From the NCBI GenBank assembly GCA_029261555.1, contig JAJDBB010000096.1, positions 35,623 through 99,622 on the forward strand: DNA of 64,000 nucleotides, read 5' to 3'. Shown piece by piece: positions 8,404 through 18,991 of the stretch (positions are counted from its first letter, which is position 1; the number at the start of each line of letters is the position of its first letter). Position numbers and translations under genes: made by a program. The stretch is from Nitrospinaceae bacterium. GTDB taxonomy: Bacteria > Nitrospinota > Nitrospinia > Nitrospinales > JACRGP01. The notes under the pieces were generated by a model. The model was given only the letters and a program-made list of their open reading frames with translations, did no database searches and had not been told where the DNA came from.

Positions 8404-10536
8404 TCACATGGAAAAAATAGAAGTGTTCAAAAGCCGAAAGAAGTCCGGCCGGATTCGAACATTGGTTCTGTTTTTCAAAGTTTTCTTCAAGTTTGTAAGC
8501 TGTGCCACGAGGCGCCGCATGCCCGGCGCGTTGGCCTGCGTTGGATCCATTTTTAAACTCAAAACAAAATACTCCATGGCCGTGAATGGGTTTTTTACTG
8601 CGTCCAAATAATAGACGCCGTATTCCAAAAAGTCCTCGGGAGTGGCGGCGCTTGGATCCAGGTCGATGGGCGGCTCCTGGTAAGTTTTTTCATTTAAAAA
8701 ATAACGCACTCGCTCCAATTGCAATTTGACGGCGGAATCGGGATTTATTTTTAGAACTTTTTGGTAAAAAACGCGGGCTTCGCGAAAACGCGACGTGATA
8801 AACCGCGAGTCGCCCAGTATCTCGTAATCCGGCCAGGAGTTCCCCGTAAGGCTCAGGGATTGATTGACGAGGCGGTTGGTGCGGTCCAGGTTGGGATAAT
8901 CCTGCAACAAATAATACGCGGCGGTGGATTGTAAACGGCGCTTTTTGACCGCGTCGTCCAAGGGAGGATGCTTCACGACGATGAACAGAGAAAGGGCTAG
9001 ACAAAACCCCAGAGAGCTTCTGGCGATGATTTTTATTGCGGGAGATTGCGGATCGGCTTTTAAAAATTTAACAGTTTTGAAAGCGGCGTACAGGCAGAGC
9101 AAACAAAATATGATTTGCAAACAGGGCAGGGTGATCAGAAAAAACCAGTCGAGGTAGTTTTCCAGGGAAAACTTTCCATGGAACAGGTAATCCGCCTGCG
9201 TGGTCGGCCATAGAAAAGAATATTCTCTCCACAAAATCGCCGGACTTTTTAGAGCCGTGAGCAATGGATGCGGATCGCCGAAAAAATTTACGACGAAACC
9301 ATAGCTCAACATAATGTTGTACAGCCAGGCGCTCAAGATCGCCGCAACGACTGCCAGTAGAGCGCCGAGTTTTTTTTCAGACAATGTTTGGCACAGGCTT
9401 CCCAAGCCCAACGCCAGGAAGGGAAAGGCGGGGATCATGTAGCGTTCGCCAAAAGACGCCGAGTCGCCGACCACAATGGGCGCGACGCAAAAGCCCGCGA
9501 AGATTGCCAGGCCCGCGCCGCCCAGCCAGCGGTCGCGTTTAAAAAAAAGGAGCATCCCCGCAAGCCCGAAGAGCCAGATGGGTTCCCCAAAAAACAGGCC
9601 TCGGACAGGACCGAAAAATAAATTTTTTATAGAAGCGAAATACGAGGGGACGTCGCGAACCACCACGGTGAATGGATTGAACGAGGAAAAGACGCCGTGA
9701 ATGGTTTTCCAATAGACTAACTGCGGCAGGACCGCTACGGCGAGGCCGACGAATGCCAGGGCGACTTTTGTTCCCAATTGATTTGGAACCGCCGCCGCGT
9801 TTTTGGAAAATTTCATTTCCGCCAGCAGGCATATGGGGAGCAGGCCGTATACGATGCTGATATAACGCAAATCCACCAGCATGCCCAAAACCGCTCCCAG
9901 TAAAAGAAAGTAACTGTTGGATCTTTCGGGGCGCTCCCTCAGGTTCAGGCAGAGTAACAGAAAGAGGAAGGCTAGGGCAAAGTCGCCGGAATGGCTCATC
10001 CGGTTGCGAATGAAGGCGTAATAAGGCAGGCAGGTTGCGGTGAGCAGAACAAGGGTGGACGCCAGGCCGGTGTTTTTTGGGAAGAATTTTTTTAAACATT
10101 CAAAACATAAAAACATGCCCAGCAAAACAAACATGCTGGACCCTAAAGACGTGGCAGCCAGATAGGGAAAGGAGTAGCCGTCGAGCGCGACGGGATAACC
10201 CAGCGCGGAGTACAAGAGGGCCAGGGCATGACCCAGTAAAAAAAATGGGAGCCACAGGATCGGCGCGCCGATGTACCAGAAGTTGACGGTGTACCCTGTT
10301 GTGGCGATTCGGTCCCGGTGATAAAAAATTCGCTCGTTATAGAAATCAAAATCCCCGTCGATCACCCCGGAGCGAAGATAGGCGTAATACCCGGCGTCGT
10401 CCGCAGGATCAAAATTTTGAACGGTGTAATAACCGGGAGTCCGGGTTTGAGGCTGTTGATAATAACCTAGCGGCGTTAAAAAATACCAATAGGCGAAAAA
10501 TACCAACAGGATAATCAGGGGAGCTTTTTGTTTCAT
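8404..10536 (-). CDS. Polytopic membrane protein, GT-C (ArnT/PMT-like) glycosyltransferase-like N-terminal region with C-terminal TPR-like region
   Basis: 710 aa with many hydrophobic segments. There is an acidic motif in the first loop (DPADDAGYYAY) and TPR-like C-terminal helices (ARVFYQKVLKINPDS, AMEYFVLSLKMDPTQ). The family assignment is tentative. Confidence 0.55.
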   Translation of the reverse strand: MKQKAPLIILLVFFAYWYFLTPLGYYQQPQTRTPGYYTVQNFDPADDAGYYAYLRSGVIDGDFDFYNERIFYHRDRIATTGYTVNFWYIGAPILWLPFFLLGHALALLYSALGYPVALDGYSFPYLAATSLGSSMFVLLGMFLCFECLKKFFPKNTGLASTLVLLTATCLPYYAFIRNRMSHSGDFALAFLFLLLCLNLRERPERSNSYFLLLGAVLGMLVDLRYISIVYGLLPICLLAEMKFSKNAAAVPNQLGTKVALAFVGLAVAVLPQLVYWKTIHGVFSSFNPFTVVVRDVPSYFASIKNLFFGPVRGLFFGEPIWLFGLAGMLLFFKRDRWLGGAGLAIFAGFCVAPIVVGDSASFGERYMIPAFPFLALGLGSLCQTLSEKKLGALLAVVAAILSAWLYNIMLSYGFVVNFFGDPHPLLTALKSPAILWREYSFLWPTTQADYLFHGKFSLENYLDWFFLITLPCLQIIFCLLCLYAAFKTVKFLKADPQSPAIKIIARSSLGFCLALSLFIVVKHPPLDDAVKKRRLQSTAAYYLLQDYPNLDRTNRLVNQSLSLTGNSWPDYEILGDSRFITSRFREARVFYQKVLKINPDSAVKLQLERVRYFLNEKTYQEPPIDLDPSAATPEDFLEYGVYYLDAVKNPFTAMEYFVLSLKMDPTQANAPGMRRLVAQLTNLKKTLKNRTNVRIRPDFFRLLNTSIFSM

Positions 10537-10763
10537 CGATTCGCCAAAGAGGGGACGCGTGTGAAGACGTTTTCAGGACCGTGAAAAAAATTGACCTTGA
10601 TTATAATGAAACCCGCGCGTTCTAACAATAAATGTGGAAAAATATTTACCCGCGGAGAATTCATTCGCGGCTTGAAGCGGGCCATGTTATCCATTATTCT
10701 TTATTCTTAAATCCCAAGATTCCTTTTGCGTCTCTCCTTCATTCGCCTAACCTTCGAGATAAA

Positions 10764-11528
10764 ATGCTAATTTACAGTTGGAACGTTAACGGAATCCGCG
10801 CCGTATTGAAAAAGGGATTCCTGGATTGGGTGGAACAGGCGTCGCCTGATATTTTGTGCCTGCAGGAAACCAAAGCCAACACGGACCAGTTAGAGGAGTC
10901 GACGGTCAATCCGCCGGGCTACCACGCTTATTGGAATTCAGCCGAGCGCAAGGGTTACAGCGGGGTGTGCGTGTGGACCAAAAACAAGCCGAAGGCCGTA
11001 CATAGAGGTATGGGCGTTCCGGAATTCGATACCGAGGGAAGATGTCTCCGGCTGGAGTTTCCGAAATTTGATTTGTTGAACGTTTATTTTCCGAACGGCA
11101 CCTCGGGTCCGGAGCGGCTGAAATTTAAAATGGATTTTTACGACGTCTTTCTCGACCATTGCGAAACCTTACGAAAGGCGGGCAAAAAGTTGATCGTGTG
11201 CGGAGACGTGAACACCGCGCACCGCGCCATTGATTTAAAAAACCCCAAGGCTAACGAAAAAAATTCCGGTTTTCTGCCGGAGGAAAGAGCCTGGCTGGAT
11301 AAATGGATCGCGCATGGTTATGTGGACTCTTTCCGCGAACGGCGCCCGGACGAGCCGGACCATTACACTTGGTGGTCTTATCGGGCCAACGTGCGCGCCC
11401 GAAACATCGGGTGGCGTATCGATTATTTTTTCACGACCTCGGATTTAGCGGCGAAAGTTAAAGACGCCTTTATCGCTCCCGAGGTCATGGGTTCGGATCA
11501 CTGCCCAATTGGATTGGAGATATTTTAA
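10764..11528 (+). CDS. xth: Exodeoxyribonuclease III (AP endonuclease)
   Basis: ATG at 10764: MLIYSWNVNGIRA...LCLQETK...GDVNTAH...GSDHCPIGLEI. Confidence 0.9.
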   Translation: MLIYSWNVNGIRAVLKKGFLDWVEQASPDILCLQETKANTDQLEESTVNPPGYHAYWNSAERKGYSGVCVWTKNKPKAVHRGMGVPEFDTEGRCLRLEFPKFDLLNVYFPNGTSGPERLKFKMDFYDVFLDHCETLRKAGKKLIVCGDVNTAHRAIDLKNPKANEKNSGFLPEERAWLDKWIAHGYVDSFRERRPDEPDHYTWWSYRANVRARNIGWRIDYFFTTSDLAAKVKDAFIAPEVMGSDHCPIGLEIF

Positions 11529-14467
11529 TGACCCCTGAAGTTGCGGTTAACGTTAACAAAACCCTGCACGGGTTTAAATTATTGCGCGAGGAAACCGTTG
11601 AGGAAATCAACTCCCATGCGCTGCTTTTTGAACATGAACGGTCCGGGGCGGAACTGATCGTTTTGGAAAATGACGACGATAATAAATCGTTCAGCATAAC
11701 CTTCCGCACACCGCCGGAGGACGATTACGGAACCGCGCATATCCTCGAACACAGCGTGCTGTGCGGTTCCCGGAAATTCCCGGTCAAGGAACCTTTCATC
11801 GAATTAGTCAAAGGCAGTCTGCAAACCTTCCTCAACGCCATGACCTTTGCGGACAAGACCATGTATCCCCTGGCCAGCCGCAACTCGAAGGATTTTTTCA
11901 ACCTGATGGACGTTTATCTGGATGCGGTGTTCTTCCCCCGCATCACCGAGGAAATCTTCATGCAGGAAGGCTGGCGCCGGGATCTGGAGTCGCTCGAATC
12001 AAACGCCGTGTACAAAGGCGTGGTGTTCAATGAAATGAAGGGCGTGTTCTCCAGCCCGGAAAGCATCATCGACCGCTACCAGGCGCACGCGATGTTTCCC
12101 TCCACCACTTACGGTTACGAATCCGGCGGCGATCCCGAACAAATTCCTCAGTTAACGTATGAAAACTTTTTGGCTTTTCACAAACGGCATTATCATCCGT
12201 CGAACGGCAGGATCATGATTTACGGAGACGGATCCACGCCGGACTACTTGAAGTTCCTGGATGAAAACTACCTCAAGGAATTTACAAAAAGAGCGGCGGA
12301 CTCCGACATTCAGATTCAAAGGCGATTTAGCAAACCAAAGCGCAAGGTTGTTTTTTATCCGGTTTCAAAAAACGAGTCGCTCGATAAAAAAACCTACGTA
12401 TCGGTCGCTTTAAAACTCCATCGCGCTACAGACCACGAACATTGCATGGCCTTCCATATTTTGAGCCACATCCTGCTCGGCACGCAGGCGTCTCCGCTTC
12501 GCAAGGCCCTGATCGATTCGGAACTGGGGAGCGAGGTGATCGGCGGCGGTTTCGACGACTACCGGATGGAGACCTTGTTCGCCGTCGGATTGAAAGGGAC
12601 GGACGAAGAGGACGAAGAGAAAATTCTAGCACTGATCGATTCTACATTACGCGACTTGGGAGAAAACGGAATCGAAGAGGATATGATCGCGGCGGCCATA
12701 AATACCGTCGACTTCAAACTTCGCGAAGCCAATTTTGGCGGGTTTCCCAAGGGACTCGTCTACAATATCCAGTCTCTGTCTTCCTGGTTGTACGACGGCG
12801 ACCCGATAAGCCCTCTGCGTTACGAAAAAGTAATGGCTAAAATAAAAAGAGGAGCTAAGAAGGGTTATTTTGAAAAATTGATCCGGAAATATTTGTTGGA
12901 CAACAATCACCGCGTTGTTGTGGTGGGACTTCCCAAACCGGGATTGACGGAAAAGCAGGACGGCAAGACGCGAAAAAAAATGCGCGAATTTAAATCCTCG
13001 CTTTCCAACGAGGAGGCAGAGCGCTTGGTGGGACGCACGCAGGCGCTTCAGGAGGCGCAGGCCGCGCCGGACCGCCCGGAAGATTTGGCCAAATTGCCGA
13101 AATTGGAATTGACGGATATCAACCGCGAATCCCAGTCGTTCCCCATAGAGGAGAAAGCTCCCTCCGCCCCCAGGATTCTGTTCCACGATTTATTCGCCAA
13201 TAAAATCGCTTATTTTAAAGTGGGGTTCGATACCGGCGCCGTTGATTACGAACAACTGCAATACCTCCCCATGATCGGAAGCATGATTTTGGGAATGGGA
13301 ACCAACCAGCGCAGTTACGTTCAAATGTCGCAGTTGATTGGTATTCACACCGGCGGCGTGCATGCCAGTCACTTTAGCTCCGCGCCTCTGGAGGACCGGG
13401 AGAGAATCATCTCGTACAAATTTTTCAACGGCAAGGCGGAGCTCAATAAAGTAGGGAATTTGCTGGATATATTTTCCGAACTGCTGACCGAATTTAATTT
13501 TAATAACCACAAGCGCCTACTGGAAATCGTTCGCAGCGCCAAGGCGGATATGGAAGAGTCCATCGTCCCTGGCGGCAACCAGTACGTGCTTTCCAGACTG
13601 CAATCCTATTATTCCCGTTTGGGACGATTCGACGAGTTGACGGACGGCGTCGCTTATTACCGGTTTTTGGAAGACCTCCTGAAGCGGGCGGAAAAAGATC
13701 CGGGAGAGGTGGCTGAAGCGTTCCGCAAGGTCGCGGAATGTCTGTTCAACCGAAACAACCTGGTGATCGACGTCACCGCTTCCGCGCAGGATTACGCTAA
13801 GTTTGAGAAGAAACTTTCCGCCTTCGCGAAGGGTTTTACCATCCGAGAGCAATCGCCGGCCCGTCTCGAGTTCAAGCCGCCCGCGTTTAACGAAGCCTTC
13901 GTCACCTCCAGCCGCGTCCAGTATGTGGGGAAAGCCGTTAATTTTTACGATCTTGGTTTTGAGTATACGGGCAAGTTCGACGTTTTAAGATCGTTGTTGG
14001 GATCCGCCTACCTTTGGGATCGCGTGCGGATGCAAGGCGGGGCTTACGGGTGCTCGGCGTCGTTCGACCGCAACACGGGGGATTTTGCGCTGGTCTCCTA
14101 CCGGGATCCAAATCTAACGGAGACCTTGGAGCGTTACGATCAGATTGCCGACTACCTTGCCAATCTGGAATTGTCTCAGGATGAATTGACTAAATTGATC
14201 ATCGGTTGCGTGGGCCGCCTGGACCCGCCGCTCACCCCGGACCGTAAGGGATCGATTGCCATGGTCGAGAGCTTCATTGGAGTCACCCGCGAGATCAAAC
14301 AAAAACGCCGCGACGAATTATTGTCCACGCGCTTGGAAGACTTGCGCGCCTTCGCTCCTTTGTTTCAAAAACTAAAAGAGGAAGGAAAAATTTGCGTATT
14401 GGGCAGCGAGGCGAAGATCAAAAAAGAAGGCAAGCAGTTTGAGCATTTGATCACGGTTTTTGAATGA
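11528..14467 (+). CDS. M16C family zinc metallopeptidase (PreP-like)
   Basis: HxxEH zinc motif (HILEHSVLCGSRKFP). The 979-aa length is typical of PreP/M16C. Its ATG overlaps the xth stop by 1 nt. Confidence 0.85.
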   Translation: MTPEVAVNVNKTLHGFKLLREETVEEINSHALLFEHERSGAELIVLENDDDNKSFSITFRTPPEDDYGTAHILEHSVLCGSRKFPVKEPFIELVKGSLQTFLNAMTFADKTMYPLASRNSKDFFNLMDVYLDAVFFPRITEEIFMQEGWRRDLESLESNAVYKGVVFNEMKGVFSSPESIIDRYQAHAMFPSTTYGYESGGDPEQIPQLTYENFLAFHKRHYHPSNGRIMIYGDGSTPDYLKFLDENYLKEFTKRAADSDIQIQRRFSKPKRKVVFYPVSKNESLDKKTYVSVALKLHRATDHEHCMAFHILSHILLGTQASPLRKALIDSELGSEVIGGGFDDYRMETLFAVGLKGTDEEDEEKILALIDSTLRDLGENGIEEDMIAAAINTVDFKLREANFGGFPKGLVYNIQSLSSWLYDGDPISPLRYEKVMAKIKRGAKKGYFEKLIRKYLLDNNHRVVVVGLPKPGLTEKQDGKTRKKMREFKSSLSNEEAERLVGRTQALQEAQAAPDRPEDLAKLPKLELTDINRESQSFPIEEKAPSAPRILFHDLFANKIAYFKVGFDTGAVDYEQLQYLPMIGSMILGMGTNQRSYVQMSQLIGIHTGGVHASHFSSAPLEDRERIISYKFFNGKAELNKVGNLLDIFSELLTEFNFNNHKRLLEIVRSAKADMEESIVPGGNQYVLSRLQSYYSRLGRFDELTDGVAYYRFLEDLLKRAEKDPGEVAEAFRKVAECLFNRNNLVIDVTASAQDYAKFEKKLSAFAKGFTIREQSPARLEFKPPAFNEAFVTSSRVQYVGKAVNFYDLGFEYTGKFDVLRSLLGSAYLWDRVRMQGGAYGCSASFDRNTGDFALVSYRDPNLTETLERYDQIADYLANLELSQDELTKLIIGCVGRLDPPLTPDRKGSIAMVESFIGVTREIKQKRRDELLSTRLEDLRAFAPLFQKLKEEGKICVLGSEAKIKKEGKQFEHLITVFE

Positions 14468-14488
14468 GGCCTCGGCGCTTCGCCGGGT

Positions 14489-15064
14489 TCAAAGCGATTT
14501 TATGAAATCAAACGCTCGTTTCATGTCCGGCAGGCGGCTCAACTCGTCCACTACCTCAATGTAGCGGATGACGCCTTTCGCGTCCAGAACGATGATCGCC
14601 CGCGCCAGCAAGCGGTTTTCGTCGATTAGCAATCCGCTGGCGCTCCCAAAGGAAGCGTCCCTGTAATCGGATAGAAACAAGACGTTGTTGATTTTAGCTT
14701 CCTTGGAGAAACGTTTTTGCGCAAAAGGCAAATCGCGGCTGATCGTTACCAGAGTAGCCGTGCGGTCCACTCCTTCGTTCTCTTCGCTCAAAATATGAGT
14801 CTGCTTGTCGCAGGTGGGAGTGTCCAGCGAGGGGACCACGCTGATGATCGTCGCCTTTCCCTGAAGACTTTCAAGCCCGACCATACTCATGGAAATATTG
14901 GGGAGGGACATTTTTGGAAGCGTCTCGCCTACCCGTAAAAGCGTTCCCGTCAGCGTCAAAGGTTTGCCCCGCAAGCTCACTTCCGCCGCCGCTGGAGCGG
15001 CGCCCAACCATCCCGCTAAAGCAAGAATCGTCAGGGTTGAATGAAATATTTGCCTAGCGTTCAT
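14489..15064 (-). CDS. tpx: Thiol peroxidase Tpx, exported, single-cysteine variant
   Basis: Signal peptide, peroxidatic motif VVPSLDTPTCDKQT and LPFAQKRFSKEAKINNV. The Ser sits where E. coli Tpx has the resolving Cys. Confidence 0.85.
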   Translation of the reverse strand: MNARQIFHSTLTILALAGWLGAAPAAAEVSLRGKPLTLTGTLLRVGETLPKMSLPNISMSMVGLESLQGKATIISVVPSLDTPTCDKQTHILSEENEGVDRTATLVTISRDLPFAQKRFSKEAKINNVLFLSDYRDASFGSASGLLIDENRLLARAIIVLDAKGVIRYIEVVDELSRLPDMKRAFDFIKSL

Positions 15065-15103
15065 TTATCGTTCTCCAGTGAGTGCGGTCGTGTTTGATGA
15101 GTA

Positions 15104-17488
15104 TTAAAATTCCAGCACGGTGACCGCGTCGCCGCCTTCTTCAAGTTTACCGGGGCCAAAACTTTTTCCCAAACCATATTTGCCGAGATACTCCCGTACC
15201 ATTTTTTTCAACACGCCCGACCCATGGCCGTGGATAATCGTGACCCGGTTCAGTTTGCCGCGCACGGCCTGATTGATAAATTTTTCGAGGACGTCTTGCG
15301 CCTCCTCGTACTTCATTCCATGCAGGTTGACCGTCATCCTGGGGTCGGAGGCGGACTCAATATTGATTTCCACTCCGTTGTTCCTCGGTCTGGCACGGCG
15401 GCCCTCGGCCCTGGCGTTGCCGCGCAGTCGGCTTTTTTCGATCACCGTTTCCAGGTTTCCCAACTGCAAACGAATTTTTTGTTTCCCCTTGGGATCCTCG
15501 AGAAGAAAGCCTTTCGTTCCGTAGGAGTCAACGATCACTGCGTCGCCCTGGCGCAACAAATCAGGGTCAACGTTCCACTCGTCGAAAATATCTGAAGTCG
15601 CCGAAAGCGGCATGCGGCCTCTGGACTCCAATTCTCGTTCGACCTTGCGCAGGCTTTTCGAGTCGCGCTTTTTCCCGGCGTCGTCGATCATCTGCCGTAT
15701 CTCCTGTTTCGCCTTGCGAATCAGGTCCTGGAGTTGTTTGGATTTTTGTTGATTGAAAGTCCTCTTTTCTTTTTTTAATTCATTAGCGAGTTGCTTTTGC
15801 TCGTCGCGTAAATTTTCAGTTTCTCTCAAGCGGTTTTCCAGAGCGGATTTGTCGACGGCCAGGCGCGTCAATTGGTCGTTGAGTTGATCGAGCAGGTAGT
15901 GCGCCTGGGAACTGCGCGTTCCAACCAGCTCCCGCGCTTTTTTAAGAACGACGCCAGGCAGGCCCATGTTCTCCGCAGTCTCCAGCGCAGCGCTCTTGCC
16001 GGGAACCCCGAAGGCCAGGCGGTAGGTGGGTTTCATTTGATCGGCGTCGAACTGCACGCTGGCGTTAAGGAAACCGTCTTGCGTTTGCGCAGCCATTTTC
16101 AACGACAGATAATGCGTGGAGACCAGTGTCGTCATTTCTCTTTTTTTCAATTCCATCAACACCGCTTCAGCGAGCGCTCCGCCTTCGTCCGGGTCGGTGG
16201 AGATGCCCAATTCGTCCAGCAGGATCAACGCGCCGGGGCGGGCGTGGTCAAATATGGAACGAAGCTTATCAAGGTGCCCTGAAAAGGTAGACAGGTGGAG
16301 TTCCATGCTTTGGTCGTCGCCAATGTCCGCATAGACTTCCGGAAAAAAGCCAATCTCCGAGTTTTCCGCCGCAGGCAGGAACAAGCCCGAACGCGCCATG
16401 AGGGAACACAGTCCTGCGGTTTTTAGCGTTGCGGTTTTGCCGCCGGTGTTCGGGCCGGAAATAACGATCACCCGCGTTTCCGTCTCCCACTCGATATCGT
16501 TGGGAACCACGCGCTCGCCGCCCAAAACCAGTTCCGGATTCCGGACCTGAATTAGTTTCGCCCGCGAGCCGGTTTCCAGCGGGCAAAAATTAGCGTCCAT
16601 AACTTTGGCCAGTTTGGCGCGGGCCAGCAAGCAATCCAGTTCCGTCAGAATTTTTAGGTTATTCATTAAAGGCGCTTCAAGGTCGAGAAATCCTCGCGCC
16701 AGAGCGCCCAGAATTTTTTGCCTTTCCTGTTCCACGCGGAGCTTGCAGATTTTCAACTGATTGTTCAGGGGGATCAACCGCGTGGGTTCCATGAACAAAG
16801 TCGCGCCGCTTCCCGAGCTGTCGTGGACGATTCCTTCCAAACGCGAACGGTTTTCTGTTTTGACGGGGATGACGGCGCGTCCTTCTCTTTCGGTGTGATA
16901 AAAATCCTGGATCGCATCTTTGTAAGCAGAATCGGAAAATATTGCAGTAACCGTTTTGTCGAGCTTTTGTCGGGCCGCGCCCGTTTCGCGAACGGCAGTT
17001 TTCAATTCCGGGCTGGCGTTGTCGCGGATTTCCCCGTCCTCGTCGACGCAACGCCCGAGTTCTTTGCGGAAGTCGGCTAGCGGGTCAAGCCGTTTCGTCA
17101 ACAGGTATAGACGCTCCAGGTTTTCGCGATTCGCCAGCGCCTTGTGTGTCCGGTTTGTCAGCCGCAAAAAGTCGAGGATTTGCAGGCACTGTTCCGGCGC
17201 CAGCAAAAGGCGTTCGTTCGCGTCCTCGAAGATGGGACGCAGATCGGCAAAATATTTGAGGGGGAGACCGGCGCCGGATTGTTCGAGGGAAACCATCTCC
17301 CGCGTTTCACGCAGGGAGATTTGCGCGACGGCCAAGTCCTTGTGCGGCAAAAGGTTTAGCAGACGCTCCCGTCCAGAAGGGGAGAGCGCCTGAGCGGAAA
17401 GTTTTTGCCGGATGGCGTCCCAGCCCAGGAGAGCCATGGACTTGAGTAAAAAGGTTTCGTTGTTTGGGGAAGGCGCGTCGGCGGTCAT
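15104..17488 (-). CDS. mutS2: Endonuclease MutS2
   Basis: Walker A GPNTGGKT and the MutS ATPase core. The C-terminal Smr domain reads VNLHGMKYEEA...IIHGHGSGVLK. Confidence 0.95.
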   Translation of the reverse strand: MTADAPSPNNETFLLKSMALLGWDAIRQKLSAQALSPSGRERLLNLLPHKDLAVAQISLRETREMVSLEQSGAGLPLKYFADLRPIFEDANERLLLAPEQCLQILDFLRLTNRTHKALANRENLERLYLLTKRLDPLADFRKELGRCVDEDGEIRDNASPELKTAVRETGAARQKLDKTVTAIFSDSAYKDAIQDFYHTEREGRAVIPVKTENRSRLEGIVHDSSGSGATLFMEPTRLIPLNNQLKICKLRVEQERQKILGALARGFLDLEAPLMNNLKILTELDCLLARAKLAKVMDANFCPLETGSRAKLIQVRNPELVLGGERVVPNDIEWETETRVIVISGPNTGGKTATLKTAGLCSLMARSGLFLPAAENSEIGFFPEVYADIGDDQSMELHLSTFSGHLDKLRSIFDHARPGALILLDELGISTDPDEGGALAEAVLMELKKREMTTLVSTHYLSLKMAAQTQDGFLNASVQFDADQMKPTYRLAFGVPGKSAALETAENMGLPGVVLKKARELVGTRSSQAHYLLDQLNDQLTRLAVDKSALENRLRETENLRDEQKQLANELKKEKRTFNQQKSKQLQDLIRKAKQEIRQMIDDAGKKRDSKSLRKVERELESRGRMPLSATSDIFDEWNVDPDLLRQGDAVIVDSYGTKGFLLEDPKGKQKIRLQLGNLETVIEKSRLRGNARAEGRRARPRNNGVEINIESASDPRMTVNLHGMKYEEAQDVLEKFINQAVRGKLNRVTIIHGHGSGVLKKMVREYLGKYGLGKSFGPGKLEEGGDAVTVLEF

Positions 17489-18831
17489 GGTCTGCTGGCG
17501 AGTATTACGTCCTTTTCCAGCGCGACGGAGATTTTGGCGTCGTACAAAAGGTAGGGGTCGCGACGCTGTTTGTAACTAGACAATAAAACTTCCAAGTCTC
17601 TCTCAACCTTTTTGTGGAAGTTGACAAATTTTTCTCCCGGAACCAGTTTTCCTTCGATGGTTTCAATTTTTTGCGTGGACACGCGAACCGGTTTTTCAAA
17701 GTCGATCATTTCTTCGCTTAAATAGACTTCATATTTTTCCAGATTCTGCCCCATGATATTGAAGTAATTGTCGCCCTCGTAAACCGCAAACAGCGTGGCG
17801 ATTTTGCCGTCGTGCACGTTCATTTTTTCCGCCTCGGGTCCGGGCAGTTGCAAGGCGGCCAGATTGGTTCCCCGCGTTAGTTTCACCCATTGGATCTGGC
17901 TCATGTGGTTTTCTTCCCGCGTCATCCGTATCACCCTCGGGTTGACGCGGCGCTTTTGCGTTTTCATCCATTCATAAAGTCCGGCGACCTCCGATGTTGG
18001 CAGGAAGTGACCGCCGTGGGCGAATCCTTTTTCATCGTGTTCCTGGTATTCGACGGGATATTTCATGTCGCTCAATATCTTCCAGATGCGTCGGCTGTAT
18101 TGGACCGGAAAAATAGGATCGAACTTCCCTTGAATCATGTACACCGGAGTGTTGTTCAGGTTGACGAGGAAATGCATGTAGCGTTCGGTGACGGCGCCTG
18201 CGATGGGCGCCACGCCGGCGAACAGGTCGGGGTGGAACATCCCCGTCAGGTAGGCGCCGATGGCGCCGTTGGACAGGCCGGCTAAAATAATTCGGTTGGG
18301 GTCGACAGGCAAATCCGATTTTAAATTTTCGACGAGCGCCCGAATGAAATCCTCCGCCGGGCGCGACCACCAGGCCCCCATGGGATAGGTGGGGCAGGCG
18401 ATTATAAACTCGTCCTGTAATCGTTCGACCCAGGCGGGTAGAGTCGTCTCGCCGCTTCCTCCCATGCCATGCAGGACGACGGCCAAAGGATAGGATTTTC
18501 CTGGCTCAAGATTTTTGGGGACGTACAGGGCATAGGAACGTTTCTTCTCTCCCATTTTTAATTCAAGGTTGGGCTGGAGTCCTTCAGTTACTGCCACGCC
18601 GGAGGGAACCTTTTTAAGAATAGTTCTAACGGTTGCGTGAGAAGTTTTTTGTTCCCGCAACCGTTCCAGCGCCTGTTTCTCCGTGTCGGCGTCCTGGGCC
18701 TTTAAATATAGGAGGACGTCGGCCTCGGGATCGTATAAATCCGGCTGGACGTCGTTTTCCTGCAAGGGAGCGGAGCAGGCGAGAACGAATATCAACAAGA
18801 CGATGAAGAAAAGGGATCGGCGCATTTTCAC
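17485..18831 (-). CDS. Alpha/beta hydrolase lipoprotein (esterase/PHB depolymerase-like)
   Basis: Lipobox FVLAC, VVLHGMGGSG and nucleophile elbow GLSNG. It overlaps the mutS2 start by 4 nt. Confidence 0.7.
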   Translation of the reverse strand: MKMRRSLFFIVLLIFVLACSAPLQENDVQPDLYDPEADVLLYLKAQDADTEKQALERLREQKTSHATVRTILKKVPSGVAVTEGLQPNLELKMGEKKRSYALYVPKNLEPGKSYPLAVVLHGMGGSGETTLPAWVERLQDEFIIACPTYPMGAWWSRPAEDFIRALVENLKSDLPVDPNRIILAGLSNGAIGAYLTGMFHPDLFAGVAPIAGAVTERYMHFLVNLNNTPVYMIQGKFDPIFPVQYSRRIWKILSDMKYPVEYQEHDEKGFAHGGHFLPTSEVAGLYEWMKTQKRRVNPRVIRMTREENHMSQIQWVKLTRGTNLAALQLPGPEAEKMNVHDGKIATLFAVYEGDNYFNIMGQNLEKYEVYLSEEMIDFEKPVRVSTQKIETIEGKLVPGEKFVNFHKKVERDLEVLLSSYKQRRDPYLLYDAKISVALEKDVILASRP

Positions 18832-18991
18832 AACATAATGTAAATTGCGGCTAAAGTAAAGTCGGCGCGGACGCGGGAATTCCGGCGGCGTGGGCGAAAA
18901 AAATTTAGTGGGAATATTATTGTATCGGTTAAAATAGCGCGAGTTCGCATTTCATAATTCCCATCGCTAACCCAGTTTAAAAATTTAATTC

